Positions 60,801 through 64,000 of a DNA stretch of 64,000 nucleotides are shown in pieces; position 1 is the stretch's first letter, and every line of letters starts with the position of its first letter. The stretch is taken from NCBI RefSeq assembly GCF_037042905.1, contig NC_087251.1:38752001-38816000 (forward strand), given 5' to 3'. The notes beneath the pieces were generated by a model. That model saw only the letters and a program-made list of their open reading frames with translations, was not told where the DNA came from and made no database searches. The translations under genes and the position numbers were made by a program. Origin of the DNA: Lytechinus pictus. Taxonomy: Eukaryota.

Positions 60801-62459
60801 TACTAGGGGTAATTATCCAAGGTAATTCGACCTTTTTTTGGCGCCCATGTGTACTTTTCGAAAAATAGCGCCCACTCCCTCCCGGTCAGGATAACTTAAG
60901 TGCCTTAAATGGATTTTGAATTATCTTATAATCACATAAAAAAAAAAAAAAACCACTTTTTCATCTGTTCTTGAAAAAAAAAATCCATGAATATATAATG
61001 TAATATAAATGGGAGCGCGAAGCACGAGCGATTTTTTTTTTTTTTTTGGGGGGGTTCAATTTGGTTTAACTTGTAACCAGAGTAGGCCCTACTAGAATAT
61101 TGTGTGAACGGGAGCTGTAGTTTCTGTCCTGTTGTTTTAGAATACCCTTCAATAACCTCTTGTGAATAATGCAATCTCGAAGCAATCGACAAATTCTCCT
61201 CATCAGCGGCGTATTTATTTAGCATGGGTGCACGGGGGGGGGGGGGTAGACGTTAAAGAAAATCTGAGATTTCATTCTTAAAAACACATTGAGGTATCTC
61301 ACAAGGCCTAAATAAATAATGAGAACGCGAAGCGCGATCTGATTTTTTTTATAGATTTTTCATGTATTATATCCTGAAAGCCTAAGTCAGGGGTGGACCC
61401 AGCTTCCGCCAATAGGGGGAGGGGTCATATTTCACCCATATTTTCCCCGATCGGCCGCTCAAAGTTGATTTTTGTTGTTGTTTCTTTAAAGGGGTTGTCC
61501 CAGTGCCGTAATGAGCCAACAATTTCGAGGGGGCTCGATATGGTGTATCGCATAAACTTAATAAGCAGTTGCCAGTGAGCGAAGCGAGCAAGCAAATATG
61601 ATGACATTTTAATTACAAAACTACAAGGTTGTGATAGATTTTGACATAATATTTGGAAAATAATATTATATTTCATCCTAATCCCTTTCCTTTTCTCTCT
61701 ATATTTGCTTAGTCTTGATTCTCTCTTTTTTTTTGGGGGGGGGGTGGGCAAAACGCCCATGTCCTAACAGTCATTTCCTAGCTTTACTTTATATAATCTC
61801 TTAAGCCCTATGTAATCTAAAGATGAAATTTCATGTATTTTGTCCTGAAAATTGAACATTTTGGGCAATGTTTGTGAACCTGAACAGGACGCGTATACAT
61901 GTAACTAGATAATTACCACGAGCGCGAAGCGCGAGCATAAATGTTAAATATTCGTTCTGGCCTGGTCGAAAAGGGACCTGTTAAGGATGTTTTGCAGTTA
62001 GCCATTAAGACGATACATATTTCAACGATTAAATAATGCGAGCGCGAAGTGCGAGCTGAACATTTTTGATATTCCAACCTAAAAAGATGAGATTTCAAAT
62101 CCCCCAATGGGACATTCGATTCATGCTTGTCAATCATGAAAAAGCATGGGTAATTTTTGGTATCTTCCTACAATAATAATGCAAGCGCAAAGCGCGAGCA
62201 GAAATTTTTTGATATTCTGATCCGAAACTGGATAATTTTAGCACGTTTTGAATAAGATCAAGCTTTGTATCTAAAAAAACATGCGTGCGCGTGTTTTAGA
62301 GTTAGACAGAATCCTGGCAATCTGAATACATTTCATTTTTCATCATAAAAATCAATAATGCGAGCGCAGAGCCCGAACTGAAAATAATATTTGAAATTCC
62401 GATGTGAAAAGGGTCAATTTAAGCACTATTTACAGCACTGTGTATATAGGGAAATTTGA

Positions 62460-64000
62460 TTTTTTTTTCTCTTTAATCCTCATAAGAGGGACTTTATTTG
62501 TTCATATGATATTTACAATCGTTTTTACAAACGTCACATACAAAAATATACATAGATGAAATAATGAAACAGGAACTAAAGGATTAAAAGAACCTTTGAG
62601 ACCTGTTTTAAATCAAGTCTCTTCTGATTACATTTTCTTTTTAAATAACTTCGAATTTCTACCTTTAGATCTTTCATAAAATAAAAAGCATGAGTCATAT
62701 GCTTGTCGTTTCCAAAACATTTTCTAATATAATTCCTATAGATTACAAATTGTGAAAAATTTATAATAAGGTTAACCACATTCATTTCTGTTTTTTCTAT
62801 TTCATGACCTATCACGATAATTTTTTCGTTCAAAACAATCTTTACATCGAACAAAGCATTTATCAATTTAGAAACAATTTTCCAAAAAACTGTTACCACT
62901 TGACAGGTAAAAAGAATATGAATACTGGTTTCTGGAACATTACAAATATTACATAAAATATCATTTCTAATTTTCCATTTGCAAAGGTTGTCTTTACTTG
63001 GTAGTATTCTATGAATTAATTAATAATAATATTGTTTAATCCTGTTGTCGTTTATAAAATCCAGTTTAAACTCTAATAATCGTTTCCAATTAAATTCAAG
63101 AGGCAAGCCCAAGAAATCGTTCCAAAAATAAATACAAGGGAGGTCTCTTTTCTCCCTTTCAATCATCAAATGATAAAAATGTCTGGCTTTCATGCCATTG
63201 ATTTCTATACAGTCACCTGTTGATAGTTCAATAGTGCTGGATTTCGATGACATGCTACTTACATTTCGTGCACTATTACGTAATTTGTCAAGCCAGAACT
63301 TCGGGAACGCATTTTTTATTTTCAACAATTCAAAGATAGAAAGTAATTCTCTTTCTTTAAAAATAGTGCATATTGAATCAATCTTCTTCCATTCACCACC
63401 TGTTACGATTTGTTTAACTTTCAAAATATTGTTCTTTATCCAGTTAGGAAAATATAATACATCTTTTTTATACTTTATGTTACTATTGTACCAAATAATT
63501 TCGTTTTCAATATTCGTTACTTTAAACATATCAATATACTTTAAATCAGCCCATGAACAGAACATGTCAACATAAAATATGGGCAAATGTTTTTTCACAC
63601 AAATACGATACATATCACTCTTTTTGCAATTAAAAGTCAAACAAAGAGGCAAATCCCCGCCGATTTTCTGAGTCCAATATTCAAACAGGGTTTTCCAAGC
63701 ACTGTCTTCACCTGTAAAATATTTATTGATCCATGATAAACGTAGTGATCGACATTTTGTCTTTAAGTCAACCATTCCTAATCCCCCTTCTTTTTCAGGA
63801 TTATGACAAACATTACGTTTCACCATTTCTTTTTTGGAATTCCACAAAAAATTGTAAACTAGTTTATTAATATCTTTGATTATTTTAGAAGGGATTGGTA
63901 CTGCCTTAGCAGTATGTACTATCTGTGACATTACTACAAATTTTATTACCACCACTTTTCCATGTAATGATAATTTTCTCATTTTCCATGAGTCAAGTGT
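62460..64000 (-). mobile_element. Tx1/L1-clade non-LTR retrotransposon, 3' part of ORF2, 3'UTR and short poly(A); continues beyond the window
   Basis: KLSLHGKVVVIK, FLWNSKK...VKR...EGGLGMVD, IIWYNSNI; CCHC zinc knuckle CNIC...ETSIHILFTC recovered across a frameshift near 62950; premature stop at 63020; T-run at 62460-62468. Confidence 0.88.

Overview
AT-rich, repeat-dense eukaryotic DNA; the repeat families suggest a marine invertebrate, possibly a sea urchin (inference). There are two convergent intron-containing genes. (i) A + strand polypeptide N-acetylgalactosaminyltransferase (GALNT7-like): 10 coding exons between 13533 and 36961 splice in frame to 556 aa, and its N-terminal signal-anchor exon was not found in the window. 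(ii) A - strand three-exon gene (56421 to 49107) for an uncharacterised 100-aa protein that the ORF track catches only in part. The rest is nested mobile DNA: four Helentron/HINE-like elements whose internal ~160-190 bp repeats carry dense nuclear-receptor half-site cassettes; a degenerate Penelope-like element with a minimal hammerhead ribozyme; a decayed tyrosine-recombinase gene; TTAA-flanked Kolobok-like MITEs; a Harbinger-like element carrying a 110-bp satellite with higher-order structure, inserted in the end of a foldback MITE; LINE and SINE fragments; and a Tx1/L1-like ORF2 at the right edge. A promoter-like ~0.5-0.6 kb repeat with a splice donor occurs twice, inverted, 44 kb apart, each copy in sense orientation for one of the two genes. 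No CRISPR array, rRNA or true tRNA gene was seen. All calls were made by eye; no searches were run.
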